This document shows, in pieces, positions 35,723 through 48,222 of a stretch of 64,000 nt of DNA (position 1 is its first letter; each line of letters begins with the position of its first letter). A model generated the notes under the pieces. The model was not told the origin of the DNA. It made no database searches and saw nothing but the letters and a program-made list of their open reading frames with translations. The stretch comes from Babesia bigemina (Eukaryota). Location: assembly GCF_000981445.1 (NCBI RefSeq), contig NC_027217.1, positions 2,046,001 through 2,110,000 of the forward strand. The letters are read 5' to 3'. Both the position numbers and the translations under genes were made by a program.

Positions 35723-37420
35723 ATGTTTTGGGGCCTCTGGATCTCCATTGCGGTGATCCATGGCTTATCGCACGGTGAGAGGACTAGGTCGCGGTAAGTT
35801 GCGGCATATGTCTATACCGGCGCAATCGCCGGTATGCTTGGCGCCACTTTTACACATGTGCGCAGACAATGTCGCCATGAGGGGTTAATACCAGGATTCC
35901 ACTCAACACAGTACCGTATTGACCCTGCCTTCCTTCATGCCACGAGTGGAAGGCGATCTACGGTCTCGTGCGCCGCGGCGCCTAGACGCACGACGAAAAG
36001 TTCGAGAATTCAAAAGGGAGGTGCAAAGAAGCCGCCTTCCATGGGAAAGAACAAGGTTACCTTAACAGATGAGCAGAAGCAACAGATCGACGCATTGGCT
36101 AAGGCTCATATCGAAGTCACGGATTCACCCTCGTACATCCAAAAACTTAAGCTCAACACCCACTCAGAGGTATGCGGTGCTCTACAGTATCTTACACTGC
36201 GATAAAGGAGTCGAGTCCATACCTCACCCTCTTCGAATCGGAGAAGCTGACGAAGGATGACCTGGTTGGCATCGACCTGCCTTTCGGATTGGTATGTTCA
36301 TGAGGATGTGTATCACACTATTTAGGTGCCACCCGACCGGTATGAGCTCTGGAAACTTTGTGGACACGTGTGCGACCCGCTGCCTGTGATAAGCTCACAG
36401 TCTATGACGCCGAAGCAGTTCACGCAGCGGCTCTTCGGCAAGAATGAGCGAATCACCAGAGATGAGTTCAACTACAACATCGAGTACAAGATGCGTTTCT
36501 ACGCACCCGGGTATGGCGACATATTCTTAATGGACAAGGTGCGATGTTGGAGAGGTGGGTAAGCTATGCCGTAGTCGGGAAACGTCTTGCAGCGTGGTTC
36601 CTTTTCCGCGGGCTAAAGGAGGGGAGAGAGGACCTCCCAACCTATCACAGCATACACCAGGTAATATAATCAGAGTGCCTTTTGAAGTGACGCGTTACCA
36701 ACAGATCGCACGCCCCAAGGATGAAGTGCCGCTCAGCGCGGCAATGTTGAGTGTAAACTACGAGGTGAATAGGCAGGGGGTACACCCAGCGCTGCTGGAC
36801 ATGTTGTGGGACTTTTTCACGGACAACAACTCGGTGATTAGACGTGATGAAGTGACGGCAAAATTAAATTGGGTGGTCGACCGCCTACCCGACCTGGACC
36901 CAGGAGAGGGTATTTCCCCAGACAATTTCTACAAGATCTTCATCGAGCCTGCGCGCGAGTACCTTGCTAAGTTCGACAAGGAGGCGTTTGCAGTAGGTGC
37001 GAATTTGAAAGCAAACATGCTCCCACAGCGGCAGCAACTGCGCAAAATCCACGAACAAAGCTTGCGGCAGAAGGTGCTGAGCAACAACAAAGGTAGTTTC
37101 ACCGTAAAATTACTACACTGTGAGCAGCACTGAGACAGCGGTACAAAATTCTAACCTCCGCCTACCTCGACGAGATCCGAAGCATGTACAAGGTGCCCAC
37201 GCCAGAATTTTACAAGCAATACGAGCGGCGGCGACTCACAGGGTACTTCAACCTGCTTGCAGATATGCAAGAGCGCCGTATGAGGAGACGGGCGATGTCA
37301 AAGGAGAAACTCGACGAGCTAAAGGCCGCCAAAGCCGACGCTCCGGTTCAGAAGAAAAAGAAGAGAGAAAAGAAACCGTCGAAGCGGAACAAGAAATTGG
37401 GAAGGGGAGTGATGAATTAG
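35723..37420 (+). CDS. Hypothetical protein with signal peptide and basic leader (possibly apicoplast-targeted); multi-exon
   Basis: Hydrophobic start MFWGLWISIAVIHG, an R/K/S-rich segment, a chain of ORF fragments linked by short GT-AG introns, and a Lys-rich end. Confidence 0.6.
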
Positions 37421-38444
37421 ATAGCTGTATCACAGGCTTTGCTGGTATAATATATTATCGCATTGCGGTTGAGTTGTTTTGCACATTAAAACCGATAATC
37501 ACGAGTGTGCTGTGAAAATAGTGCAGATAGACCACCTATGGGGCATGGGAATTGGACGAATTCCGTGAGGAAATGAATGTATGTGGCATTAATTAACTCC
37601 TATGAGTAGTTTTGCCAGTAGCATCCCAATATCTAACCCAGAATTTCGCCTGCATTCCGTTGTACGCAGCGCTATCCAAAAAGCGTTAAGGCGATACCGC
37701 TTTGAAAACCAACATATTGTGGATAATGTATAATCGGTCTGCCTCCTAACGCTCTGTATATATACATCAGAGTTACAACATAACCTAGAAGTTTAATGAT
37801 GTTGTTGTCAACCGCACATTGAAAGTTTCCAAGCAGTATGGAATATGGTGGAATAGCGGGATGTTGTCAATTGGATGACAACGGACGTTAGCCAGTTTGA
37901 GGAACCAAAAAGTAGCTATAATGTCGGAAGGTCACAGATCGCAACCGAGTGGACACAATCAGCGTATTGCGGAAAAAAATACTACCGCCACTGAAAGATC
38001 CAGACCAACAACAAATCTAGTTCGGTGGATGCTGCGACATGGAAGGGCGAATGTACCAAAAGCCAGCAAAGGAGCAAAAATAGACAGCTCAACAGATGAC
38101 GCCAAAGGTAATACGCCATCTAATGAGTAAATTTGAAAAGCAAAACATTATTATTGTACGAGTTATTAAAATACACCAGTGAGTGACCTCCTTCAGTGAT
38201 GAATATTCCAGTGGTACGATAGTTGCGTACGCCGCAGGTAGCCGTATAATGCAGAGCATCCAGCGCCAAACCGAGTGTGTGATGCGTGTCTTATATCTTC
38301 GTGTATGTACGTAAGGCGATTTTTCAACGACGGGAGTAAGTGATGTCGGCAAACAGTGGTCCTACGGAGCTGTCAAGGAGGGATACTGGTCAACACAGAT
38401 GCGTTTTAAAGATTCACATGTATGGAGTCGAGCTTTTTCGATCT

Positions 38445-39059
38445 CTACGCCTTCTTAACGCTTCCCCTAGTGTTTGCCTTGGTGCTTGCCTTAGTGTTTT
38501 CCTTGGTGCTTGCCTTGGTGTTTTCCTTAACGCTTCCCTTAGTGCTTGCCCTAGCCCCTGGAATAGCGTTCATCGTAGAAGCTACAGTGGCGGTAACCTT
38601 CTCGCTTACCGTTCCAACAGTGTTGGCTACAGTTGCGCTGACATCAGTGACGTATTGCACCATACGTTTGACATTTGAATCGTTCTTGACCTTGCTAAAC
38701 AAATTGCCGAAGAAGGCACCCACTTTCTTGTCAAATCTAACCTGAGCGGGTTCCTGGGATTTCTCGGGAGCTACTGCAGCGGGCTCCTCGGATTTCTCCT
38801 CCTCCTGGGTTGCAGGCTCTTCAGATTTCTCCTCCTCCTGAGCAGCGGATTCCTCCGACTTCTCCTCCTCCTGGGGAGCCGCCTCCTCGGTCTCAACGTC
38901 AGTGGCTACCTCCTGGATAGGCTGGGGCTCCGATTCCACAGCGACCTCAGCAGGGACATTGTCAGCAGGCAACGGCTCCTCATTAGCCTGAACATTCAAG
39001 ACGATAGAGCAAAAAAGAAAGAAAAGGGTGCAGAAAACGGCGCCAAAGTTGACCTTCAT
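38445..39059 (-). CDS. Secreted acidic repeat protein (lineage-specific)
   Basis: Signal peptide MKVNFGAVFCTLFFLFCSIVLNVQA, acidic QEEEKSEE repeats, and basic NTKASTK repeats at the C-terminus. Confidence 0.8.
   Translation of the reverse strand: MKVNFGAVFCTLFFLFCSIVLNVQANEEPLPADNVPAEVAVESEPQPIQEVATDVETEEAAPQEEEKSEESAAQEEEKSEEPATQEEEKSEEPAAVAPEKSQEPAQVRFDKKVGAFFGNLFSKVKNDSNVKRMVQYVTDVSATVANTVGTVSEKVTATVASTMNAIPGARASTKGSVKENTKASTKENTKASTKANTRGSVKKA
38452..38552 (-). repeat. 12/24-bp coding repeat (NTKASTK / GSVKE)
   Basis: Repeated ccttggtgcttgcctt and ttaacgcttccc units. Confidence 0.8.
38755..38890 (-). repeat. 33-bp coding tandem repeat (xxQEEEKSEE, three full units plus a degenerate one)
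   Basis: ttctcctcctcctg recurs at 33-bp spacing. Confidence 0.85.
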
Positions 39060-41046
39060 GTTTTCAGATGTGCCTCAAAACAAAACACTTCACACGACAA
39101 ATAACGTTCCCAAACGGTGGAAGCAGTCAGGGATGTAGTAACTTAAATGTTACAGCAGATATATAAAATTATATATCGGATGTGTATCTACAAGTAGAAT
39201 AAAATGCGTCTGCCAGCAACGTGTGTGAAGGCTGCGTTGCGTAGTGGGTAAGCATTGGCCCACCACACACACGCACACATTTTTGTGTGTAATTTAAGCG
39301 GAAATGTTTTTGTCATGCAATACGTACTGCTGTAATGTGCCTTTGTCCGTGTCATAAATCGTAATCGTCGACGGTCGACGCCGCTGTGTGGTGTGCGTGA
39401 CGGTCTGCGAGCAAGCGTTTGCGTACTCTACGTGTCTTACGAAATTTATGTATTTGCCGGGGCTATCATAAGCGCTCGTATATGAGTGTGCTTCTAACAA
39501 CTCTCTTGCGTCGGTGTGTGACCGCGTCTAATGCTCCTTCCACGAGTCGAAGATGACTGACTCACATAAAGTTCACAAATGCAGGCAATTATGACTCTTC
39601 ATTCTCACAGTTCTACAGCAGTATAATGGTTTACAGCGTGACTCGTCATGGGATTAATTTTCTGCCTTTCGACTGGCTGGTTGTGCAATTCTACCTGTTA
39701 GTTCTGTGAGTCACGTCTTCCCGCATAACCAACGGCTTCCCTCCGTAACAATCGGAGCGTATAAGTGGGCAACGTGATTCAAATATCGTCAAGTGTAGCT
39801 GTTAATCACTCATTGTTCGGTTTTAAGAAACGTTTAAGTTGTGGTTTTCTAGTATCCCTTCTCAGACGTTCGGCGTTAGACTCTACCATGTGAATCCTCA
39901 CTTCAACTAACTTACAATAGCAGTGTAATATGCCGTTTTGAATCAAAGCGTATGTCGTGTTCCTCCTTGTACACAAACGCAACAAGCCAATATCATTCTC
40001 AGTGTTACCAAAAAATGATGCGAACAGCAGAGGTTGAATTGTTACCCACTCAAAAGTGCGAATGTAACAATTCTAATCACATTCATCGCTAACGGCCTGG
40101 TTGCGACCAGCTTACTTGTTCTACATTGATGGCGTATGCATCTTTCGGTCTGATGGCGCTTTGCTGAAGCGGCAGCGCTACAACAGTTGTCTCAGTACAG
40201 TTGTTACGCTGCTTTAATATGATGATAACAGAGATGTGCGCAAGCTACTCTTAAGTTAACAATCTTTTATGCGGTCACAACAACAGCTTTGCAATCATGT
40301 GGGAAATACTTTGGTTATAATGGAATTCTACAGCCATGTTGCCAATCACTACCGTTGCTGTGGCAATGAGCGTTGTCTTGCGTTCAATAAGAGTTATATA
40401 TGTCGGTATCATTAGGCTAAAATTTGCAGTAGCCTGGCGCCAACAGGATTGCAATCCCGAGCGGATGATCATCCAAGTTAGCAAGCACTAGGTGCCAATG
40501 TAAATGCAGTAGTATCTTATATACCAGGTTTCAGCTTGCAAGTATCTATATTAGATGTGTCGCCGCATGAATATGAACGAGATGATGAGCGACGCCGGCG
40601 TGATGCCCAACGTGACAATCCCGGGGCTGGATGTATAATGTACCATACTGCACGTAACTCGCAGTAGTTATTAAACCTAGATTCGTCTATGCACAAATAT
40701 CGCAATTATACGACTAGTTGTCCGCCTTCTTTGCCTAAACATTGATACGCCAGTGACGTGCGTTGCGGTTGCTGCATGCTACGGCAACGGTACGGATTCG
40801 GCTGCCACGGCATGGCTGGGCCGTCATCGTACTGTTATATTACACCGACCTTGTGTGTATACAGCGTTTAATATATCACGCTAACGCGTTTTTATTAAGC
40901 ACACACAACATTTGTGCTTCTCAATTAGCCCAGAGCCGGATTTCACTCTGCCAGTTACATTCCCGGCTTGTTTTGGAAACTCGCCGTAAGTAGACAAAAG
41001 ACACGCGCGTTTATATAAGTCGCCTAATTCCACGAACACTTTTACA

Positions 41047-41811
41047 ATGCAATTCGATTCGTTGACTAGGGCTCCTCGGAGTGTCAAGGAGGGTATTGAC
41101 TGGTTAATAGCACTAAAAGGAGATGATGCTGCAAAGAACTTGGCTGCTATGGGAGCCGCACTTTACAAGTTCCTTGCAGACAAGCCGGTCGGCAAGATGG
41201 AGTTTCCGGCACTCGACAAGGCCAAGATCTTTTCAAAAGACCTCATGACGCATAAGGCGCTAAAGGATCAGTGGCCGGCAAACGTTATGCTGGAGAGATT
41301 CATTACGCCAATGGATAAGGACCCCGGAGCATTCGCTAAGATTATCGGAATCGTAGACGAAAGCGATTATAAGAATATCGTACAGGCCAGAGGTATGAAG
41401 CCTGAAGACATCGCAAAGGATCTAGGTAAAGTTGTAGATGGTTGTGAGAAGTTCTTGGTCAGTATCAAAAACGCAGATAAATATGAATCCACTTATAGTT
41501 CAGAAGCTACCTGGGCTGGATCATGTGTGGAAGACCCGGAAGCTTGCGCAGTGATCCTGGTGGGTATGGCGCCAATGTTGTACGTGGGCCTTCGTGCGTT
41601 GAGGAAGGCTAGCCTGAGTGAAACACAGAGTTGGTTACACCCTGGTGCACTTGAGCATTTGGGAAATGTATTGAATGCCCTGGGTTACAGAGCACCGGGA
41701 TGCCGCGCTAACATGAGCGGTTCTTATCTTTACAAGTTATTGAAATATAATGTGAACTTCAAAGTGTTGGTCACACTATACGACCTCTCTGGATTCTGGG
41801 CTTTTTATTGA
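41047..41811 (+). CDS. Short ves-like (variant erythrocyte surface antigen N-terminal homology) multigene family member, copy A
   Basis: N-terminal SLTRAPRSVKEGIDWL matches the remembered VESA start motif SLTxxPxNLKEAIDW. Also YESTYSSEATW...CAVILVG; ends GFWAFY; intronless. Confidence 0.75.
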   Translation: MQFDSLTRAPRSVKEGIDWLIALKGDDAAKNLAAMGAALYKFLADKPVGKMEFPALDKAKIFSKDLMTHKALKDQWPANVMLERFITPMDKDPGAFAKIIGIVDESDYKNIVQARGMKPEDIAKDLGKVVDGCEKFLVSIKNADKYESTYSSEATWAGSCVEDPEACAVILVGMAPMLYVGLRALRKASLSETQSWLHPGALEHLGNVLNALGYRAPGCRANMSGSYLYKLLKYNVNFKVLVTLYDLSGFWAFY

Positions 41812-43744
41812 ATATGGGTTGCAGGAGTTGTAAAACCAGCTTGGAACAAATACTGATTCCAGGTCCCCAATGAGTTGGCCTACTACGAATACTCGATGAG
41901 GCCTTCAAATTAATTCCATATGGTGACAGCAAGTTTGACGAACACACGAGTCACTCACAACGCCAGTGCCGTACACAAGTCAGGCACTTCTTAGCATTTC
42001 CTGAATTGTATTCGGGACGCAATATGGCGAGCTGTTCGTCAAAATCACATAGTACAATGTTCCTATAGCACGCAGGTGGTGTATACCCGCATTTTATATA
42101 TCAGTATTTAATGCGTTTTGCCTTCCCGTTGTTTGATAACACGATATTGTTTGGCGTAGCTTGGTAGCATATAAGTGGCAGGAGTGCGTGGCTGTCCCTG
42201 ACTGCAAGGTCTAGTATTCTCTTAAGATTTTACTACATAATGACGCCATCTGTTGTAGAAGTTGGTCATTTGAAAACACATTATTATTGGATCCCCACGG
42301 CCAAGAATACTGGCGCCCTTGAGTATATAAACTGCTCATTTATGAGCCGTATAAAACGTTCGCTTGATCTTGTGGTGAACTGGCTGTAGTCGTTTGTGCA
42401 TGGGTCTATTGGAGAGATTCTAATAACGTCCGTCAACATAACTACGTGGAACACTCAGCCGGCAACATCAGTGTGAGTCAAAAGCGTCTTAAACGCGAAA
42501 ACTGGCCTAAGAATAACGTAACCAGGTAGCACACTATGAAATGCAGAAACAAATGTTTAAGCATTGGTACCGGTAATAACCGAAATGAGCAGGCATCAAC
42601 GGCGTCGATATTTCAGTAATGGGTGTTCCAACAACACCTGATACCGTAGCCTATAGCACAATATTGCATGAATTTAAAAGCATTGTCACTCATAGGTGCG
42701 TTGAAACTGCTCATGAGGCAATCTTGAGCTAACATTGTATGATGCGTTAATTCTGCCACAAAATCAGACGAATAGCGAGGAAGCTTCGCATTTGCATGTT
42801 TTTAGTAGCATTAGAACTCCTTTCGCGTGTTAGAGTTGTCCATGGCATTAAACTAGTGTCTCAGCCGCAATTACCATTCCGTGGAAAATGTGTAGGTAGT
42901 CATATGAATGAGTAAATTTGCTGGAACCCACTTACCGCCATGTCTAACACGGCACTGACGTCAAATACACGTCAGCTGTCCATTGCAGACACTGTTCGGT
43001 GATGCCCGTATGAAACGATAATGCTCCCGCGCATCAGCATCTAGAAACGACTATTATAAGACGTTAAAAAACTGTTGCTATGTTATTGCAAACGAGTTGC
43101 ATTTCTTATGGATACCCGTATTACCGCACCAGCCTCAGTTATTGGAATATCATGGGCACCTCCACGTGATGCGCCGCTGGATTCTGGGATATAAACCCGC
43201 CTTGACTAAACAACATAAATCGACATGTTTAATAAAATATTCTACATATGACAGCAAAGATTGTTAAGTACCCGTGCCGTTGTGTAGACATCCAACCTCG
43301 TCTCTAGTGCCTCCGACCGCCCAGGGTGGCACATGCACGTATACACATTAGCATTCGGCGGCGTTAAAACGTCCTTCCGCGTCGGAGGAGTCCCGGGTCC
43401 GGTGTTGGGGTTTGTAATTTCGGCTGCCGAGTTGCCATTAGGACTCCACAAGTTGCCCTTGGTCCCGGCAACTTGCGACCGGTGAGACGCCCTTTCCTTC
43501 CTTCTTTGCCGAAGTGGTTCCAACGCAGCAAATCACGTGGCTGTCATATGGAAATACCACTGTGGGTACGCTAAACTCCATTCAAATCACGATTTGACGA
43601 CCACCTGTGTAATGTCTGATCCAGTGATTCGACGTATGTTGAGTGGCTGGATTCCATGCGTTGCTCACGCTGATCATAGCACCCCGCCTATGTCATTGAC
43701 TGATACTGTGATTTCATGGGAGTGAGAAAGGTAGCTTCGTCACA

Positions 43745-45518
43745 ATGAGTGAAGTTTCTGGGGTAGGTGCTGATGGAGTCGACGGGGCAGCTGCTGGTGA
43801 ACCTCAACAAACACAGGCACCCAAAAAAATCAAGGCGGAGTATGGCACCTTTGGCCAGGTGTTATACCACGTGGTGTCCTTCACTGAGGGCTACGAGCAG
43901 CAGGTGTTGTACTTGTGCATGAGGATCTTCGAGTCAACTATGAGCTTCACCAAGAGTCAACGGACAATGCTGATGACTGTGTCTATCATGTCGCGCTTAT
44001 GCTTCTCGCTCGTTTGGGGGCTGCTCGCAGACGCGTTTGAGACTAACCTGGTGATGGCTGCTGGGTTATTGTTCATGGGCATCGCCTCGATTCTGCTAAG
44101 CGCCACGTCGCGCTTCTCGTCGGTAGGTTGTGAACGTTGCACTGCTCATGGGTATGCAGATTCTCTTCTTACGCTTCTTACACGGTGCCGCATTCGGATG
44201 TATCTACCCAGTTCAGCAAAAGATCATCTCGGATGAAGATGATGATCAGGAAGGCGGCAGCAGTAGTGCGTTTACTCGTATTCATGCGCTGAATTGCATT
44301 GGCCGTATGCTGTGTGCCGCAATAACCACAGAGGCTGCTCAAAACATCTTGCTGGGGTTCATCGGCTGGCGCGTATCATACATCGTGTTGGGCTACTTGT
44401 GGATTTCGGTTGGCATCGCGATTGTATTTGCAATGCATACTGACAACGTAGTAACAACTCCCTATGGATCTATGGATAAATTCGTCAAACAAATATCCGG
44501 CTCCTTTTCTGCGGTGTTCTCGAATTGGTCATCATTTCTGTGTATATTTACTATGTTGATTGCGGAGGCGCCGATGTGCACTTTGCCGTACATGATCACG
44601 TACCTGGAGTACCTGGGAGTATCCGACATGAAGGTTGGTATTGCGATTTTGGTCACCACGATTGGCGGCGCAGCAGGGACTGCAGCTGGAGGTATTGTTA
44701 TTGACAAAATTACAAGTACGCATGCAAAGTATGGCGAGCTGATTGCCGGTATCGTTGTGATGGGCGTGCGATTAATCGTTTGTGTGTTGTTCTTCGTGTC
44801 CCCTGCTCCAGACGGACGTCTGATGTGGTATCACTACATCGAGTTTGCGGTTCTCGGGGCTACTTTGGTAACGGTTGGGGGTGTGGATAGACCTATTATG
44901 AGGAAAGTAATCCCAGACAGGTACCAGGCTAGCGCCTCGGCCATCATCCAGTGTATATCTGGTATTTCGGTTAGCGTCAGCTTCGTGGAGATCTTCGCGT
45001 ACGTGTCGGAGAAGCTGCATGGTTACGCGCCGTCAACACAGGCCATTGATGACATGGACGCGGCTCTTAAAGACAACAACACTGAGGCGCTGAGGAAGTC
45101 GACCATGTATATGATCGTTGTAGGGTCACTGCTCAACATTGCCTGCTATGGTGCACTGTTCGCCACGTATAAGGAGGATAAGGAGAAAATTGTAGAGCAA
45201 AACGTGGAGGTAAGGAAGGAAAGAAATGAAATACAGGTGAAAAGGGAAGCGATGAAGAGACAAGCACAAGAAGAGGCAGTAGCGGGGGAAGATGATTTAT
45301 CAGGAATATCTGAAAATACTAGGAGTGAAAAAGAAATAGCAGCACTACCAGAAGAAGTAAATATTGCAGGAGAGATGACAGAAGATAGGCAGGACAGGAG
45401 CAGGAGAGAGGAAGATGAACCGTTGTCACCACGTGCGATACAAGAAATGCTAAAAAGGGGAGAAAGAAGTAAGGAATTAGAATCGAGGTTGCAAGAGCTT
45501 TCAACACGAAAAAGCTAA
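43745..45518 (+). CDS. MFS-type multi-pass transporter (Spinster-like), copy A; one intron 44123-44159
   Basis: EGYEQQVL, motif A-like WGLLADAF, LRFLHG, GWRVSY and many hydrophobic helices; charged C-terminal tail. Confidence 0.85.
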
Positions 45519-47442
45519 GGTCTTTGTTTAACGGTGCTATGAGCACGCGTGACAAAACACTTGGTGGCTTTCGTCTCATCAGGTGCTATTGCTGCTTCTA
45601 GTGGTAGAGGCATATCTAAGCGAAGCCAGTCGACGAGGAATAATATACAGCCGAATTTTAATTTGATTTACTGGGAATAGCTCGTTACCTTATACCTGTC
45701 AAACGATGTTGGAGAACATCAGACATACTTCCTGCGTGCCAATAGAAGAAAGGCTAGAGCATTTTTCACCGCAACACTATGATGAAGACTGCCTTGGACG
45801 ATGCTGCTAAAAGAGTCTATACTTAAACTTTTACAAAGCAGTTGTGCTTAATTAGCAGTTGGCAAACCACAACAATATTATCAGAGTGCAGTGAAAGGGC
45901 GTGACTTCGCGTTCACTGGGCCCATCCCGGAGCGCCTCGTCACATGCCCACCCGTAGCATGCGCTCTAGGGGTTGGAGGTGCGCTTCAGACAGCACCGGT
46001 GAGTTTCAGGATGTCAATTATTTAACGTTATCACAGGCTTGTATGCCACGTCGGTTTCAGTTGAAATCCAGACTGACGCTTATGGCGACCGGGTTACGTA
46101 ACACCCGTATTAACGTGGGAACCTGGTCGACATTGTTCATAGGTTCTTGAAGTTACTCGAGCGTTTCAAGATCAGGCGAAGACACTATATCTGTTACGCC
46201 CAAATGCATTTTGTATACTACACGATACTTGGTAGGGCTGGATGTTCGCGCCGCGATGAAATGCAAAGTGGCGGAAGACCTATATGTTTTAATTGTAGCT
46301 GTAAATGTAGTTGTGCACTGTGAATGCTGTGATTTGTGTTTTCCGAAATAAGGAACAGCACTGCGACGGCCACCTCATCGGTTGTGCGGAGAGGAACAAA
46401 TGCAAAGTCTACCACTGCCAAGGGCGCTTGGGCATCGACATCGAAGACATCTTCGGTGGAAACCGCGGGGAAAATGTCAACTGCTGAATATGCTGTACAT
46501 TATTCGTGGCTTGTATATTAAGTCTGCGGGAATTTATGTCTTATCTATGTAAATTTAGTTATCTGGAAAGCTTCCTCATTAAGCGCTGGAAGCGACTCGT
46601 TGGATGCGGGAAGCACATGCTTACAACACTTGGCATTGCAACACACGGCCACGGCAAAAATGTCAAGGAAACATTGGGGAAATAGACGTTTAGGGCTACT
46701 CCGTCGTCAAATACGAGGATGTGCTGTAACCTCGTAGTACACGTAAAATCCGAATGTAGTAAGATTGCCATCCCAATGTAGTCAATGCGTTCATTTACCA
46801 ATTAGTCTGCTATAGTTGCTGCAGCTGATATCTTGCTGGTGCCATCCAATGGTGGCACAGATCTACGATGCTGACAACGGTGTCACACGTTCCGGCAACC
46901 CATTATTACCCTCGGTAGTGATATTTCGGTTCATATACTACATTATTTGATGCTTTGTTACTTGTGTTTGGTGGATCGCTTAACGATGCTTGGAGAAGTG
47001 CGACTGTGAGGCCTGCTATGTGATACCCGGTCATGGTCCGAAGTGATGGCCATTAGACAGCGCACTCTGTTATAATACTGGCAACCCATCGTAATATCTC
47101 AAGGTTGATACATGTAGTCAAATTATCCCAGCATACAAGGGTTCAGGACGTGAAGGTTTGACTAAAAGTTCAGTATAACAACGACATGCGTACTGCATGT
47201 AACATTAACTGTGTAGATCTGATCGCGATGAGCCGATATTGTCGATTTCGCTCCTCCACAGTCCACCTATTCGGTGTATAACCTACTTTGAATGATTAAA
47301 TTCTGCACGTGTATATTGGAAGGTAACGGCACTTGCGTTGTGCAGATCCTCCATCAAGCCTTGGCTGTATAAACACCGGCCTATAGGTATAAGGGGCTAC
47401 ACGCGTGTATATGGATCGGTTATTGTATCTCATCATCACAAA

Positions 47443-48222
47443 ATGGTGTACAATTCGTTGACTGAAGCCCCTCACAACCTCAAGGAGGCTGTAGACTGGT
47501 TGATAGCCCTGAAGGGAACTGATGCTGGAAACAACTTGGCGGCTTTGGGTGAGGCAGTTCACAAGTTTCTCGCCGATAAGCCCGTCGGTAGCATGAAGGT
47601 GGCAGCTCTAGAAGAAGTTAAACTTATTACTAAAGAATTCCTGAAAAGGCCTGCGCTTAAAGAAATGTGGCCTGCACAATCGGTGCTGAGGAGGTTCAAT
47701 GAGGTCATAAATAAAGAACCAAAAGCCCTACACAGGTGGTTTGGTGATGTCTACGATAGCGATTATAAAAACATCATACAGACCAAGGGTCTAACTCCTG
47801 AAACTATCGCACAGAAACTAGGAAAAGCTGTAGATGGTTGTGAAAAGTTTTTGGACGGTATCACAATCCCCGACCAATATGAATCTGCCTACAGTTCAGA
47901 AGCGACTTGGGATAAATCGTGTTCCGAAAAGCCGGAAGCGTGCGCAGTGGTCCTAGTGGGGATCGCACCAATGTTTTACGTAGGTCTGCGTTCTGTGAAG
48001 GTTGCGTGCGACGATGAAGCCTCCGGGGCAAAAGGATTTTTGACGATGATGAGTTTGGGGAGTGTATTGCTAGCTACAGGTTACGAGGAAAAGCTATGGC
48101 GCGCTAAATTGACTACTTCCCACGTCTCTAAGGCGTTGAAAGATGTAAGTTATCAAGTGTTGGTCACATTCTACGACATAGCTGGCTTCTGGGCGTTCTA
48201 TTGGTTTGAGAATCACGAATGA
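47443..48222 (+). CDS. Short ves-like multigene family member, copy B
   Basis: MVYNSLTEAPHNLKEAVDWLIALKG. Colinear with copy A (FLADKPVG, SDYKNI, VDGCEKFL, YSSEATW, GFWAFY). Confidence 0.75.
   Translation: MVYNSLTEAPHNLKEAVDWLIALKGTDAGNNLAALGEAVHKFLADKPVGSMKVAALEEVKLITKEFLKRPALKEMWPAQSVLRRFNEVINKEPKALHRWFGDVYDSDYKNIIQTKGLTPETIAQKLGKAVDGCEKFLDGITIPDQYESAYSSEATWDKSCSEKPEACAVVLVGIAPMFYVGLRSVKVACDDEASGAKGFLTMMSLGSVLLATGYEEKLWRAKLTTSHVSKALKDVSYQVLVTFYDIAGFWAFYWFENHE

Noticed and set aside
37897..38130. Short K/T-rich ORF and other short ORFs in island spacers
   Set aside because: Non-ATG or weak starts, and no recognisable homology.
43449..43475. 9-bp hairpin caagttgcc/ggcaacttg upstream of MFS A
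   Set aside because: A single short stem, not seen before MFS B; compatible with chance.
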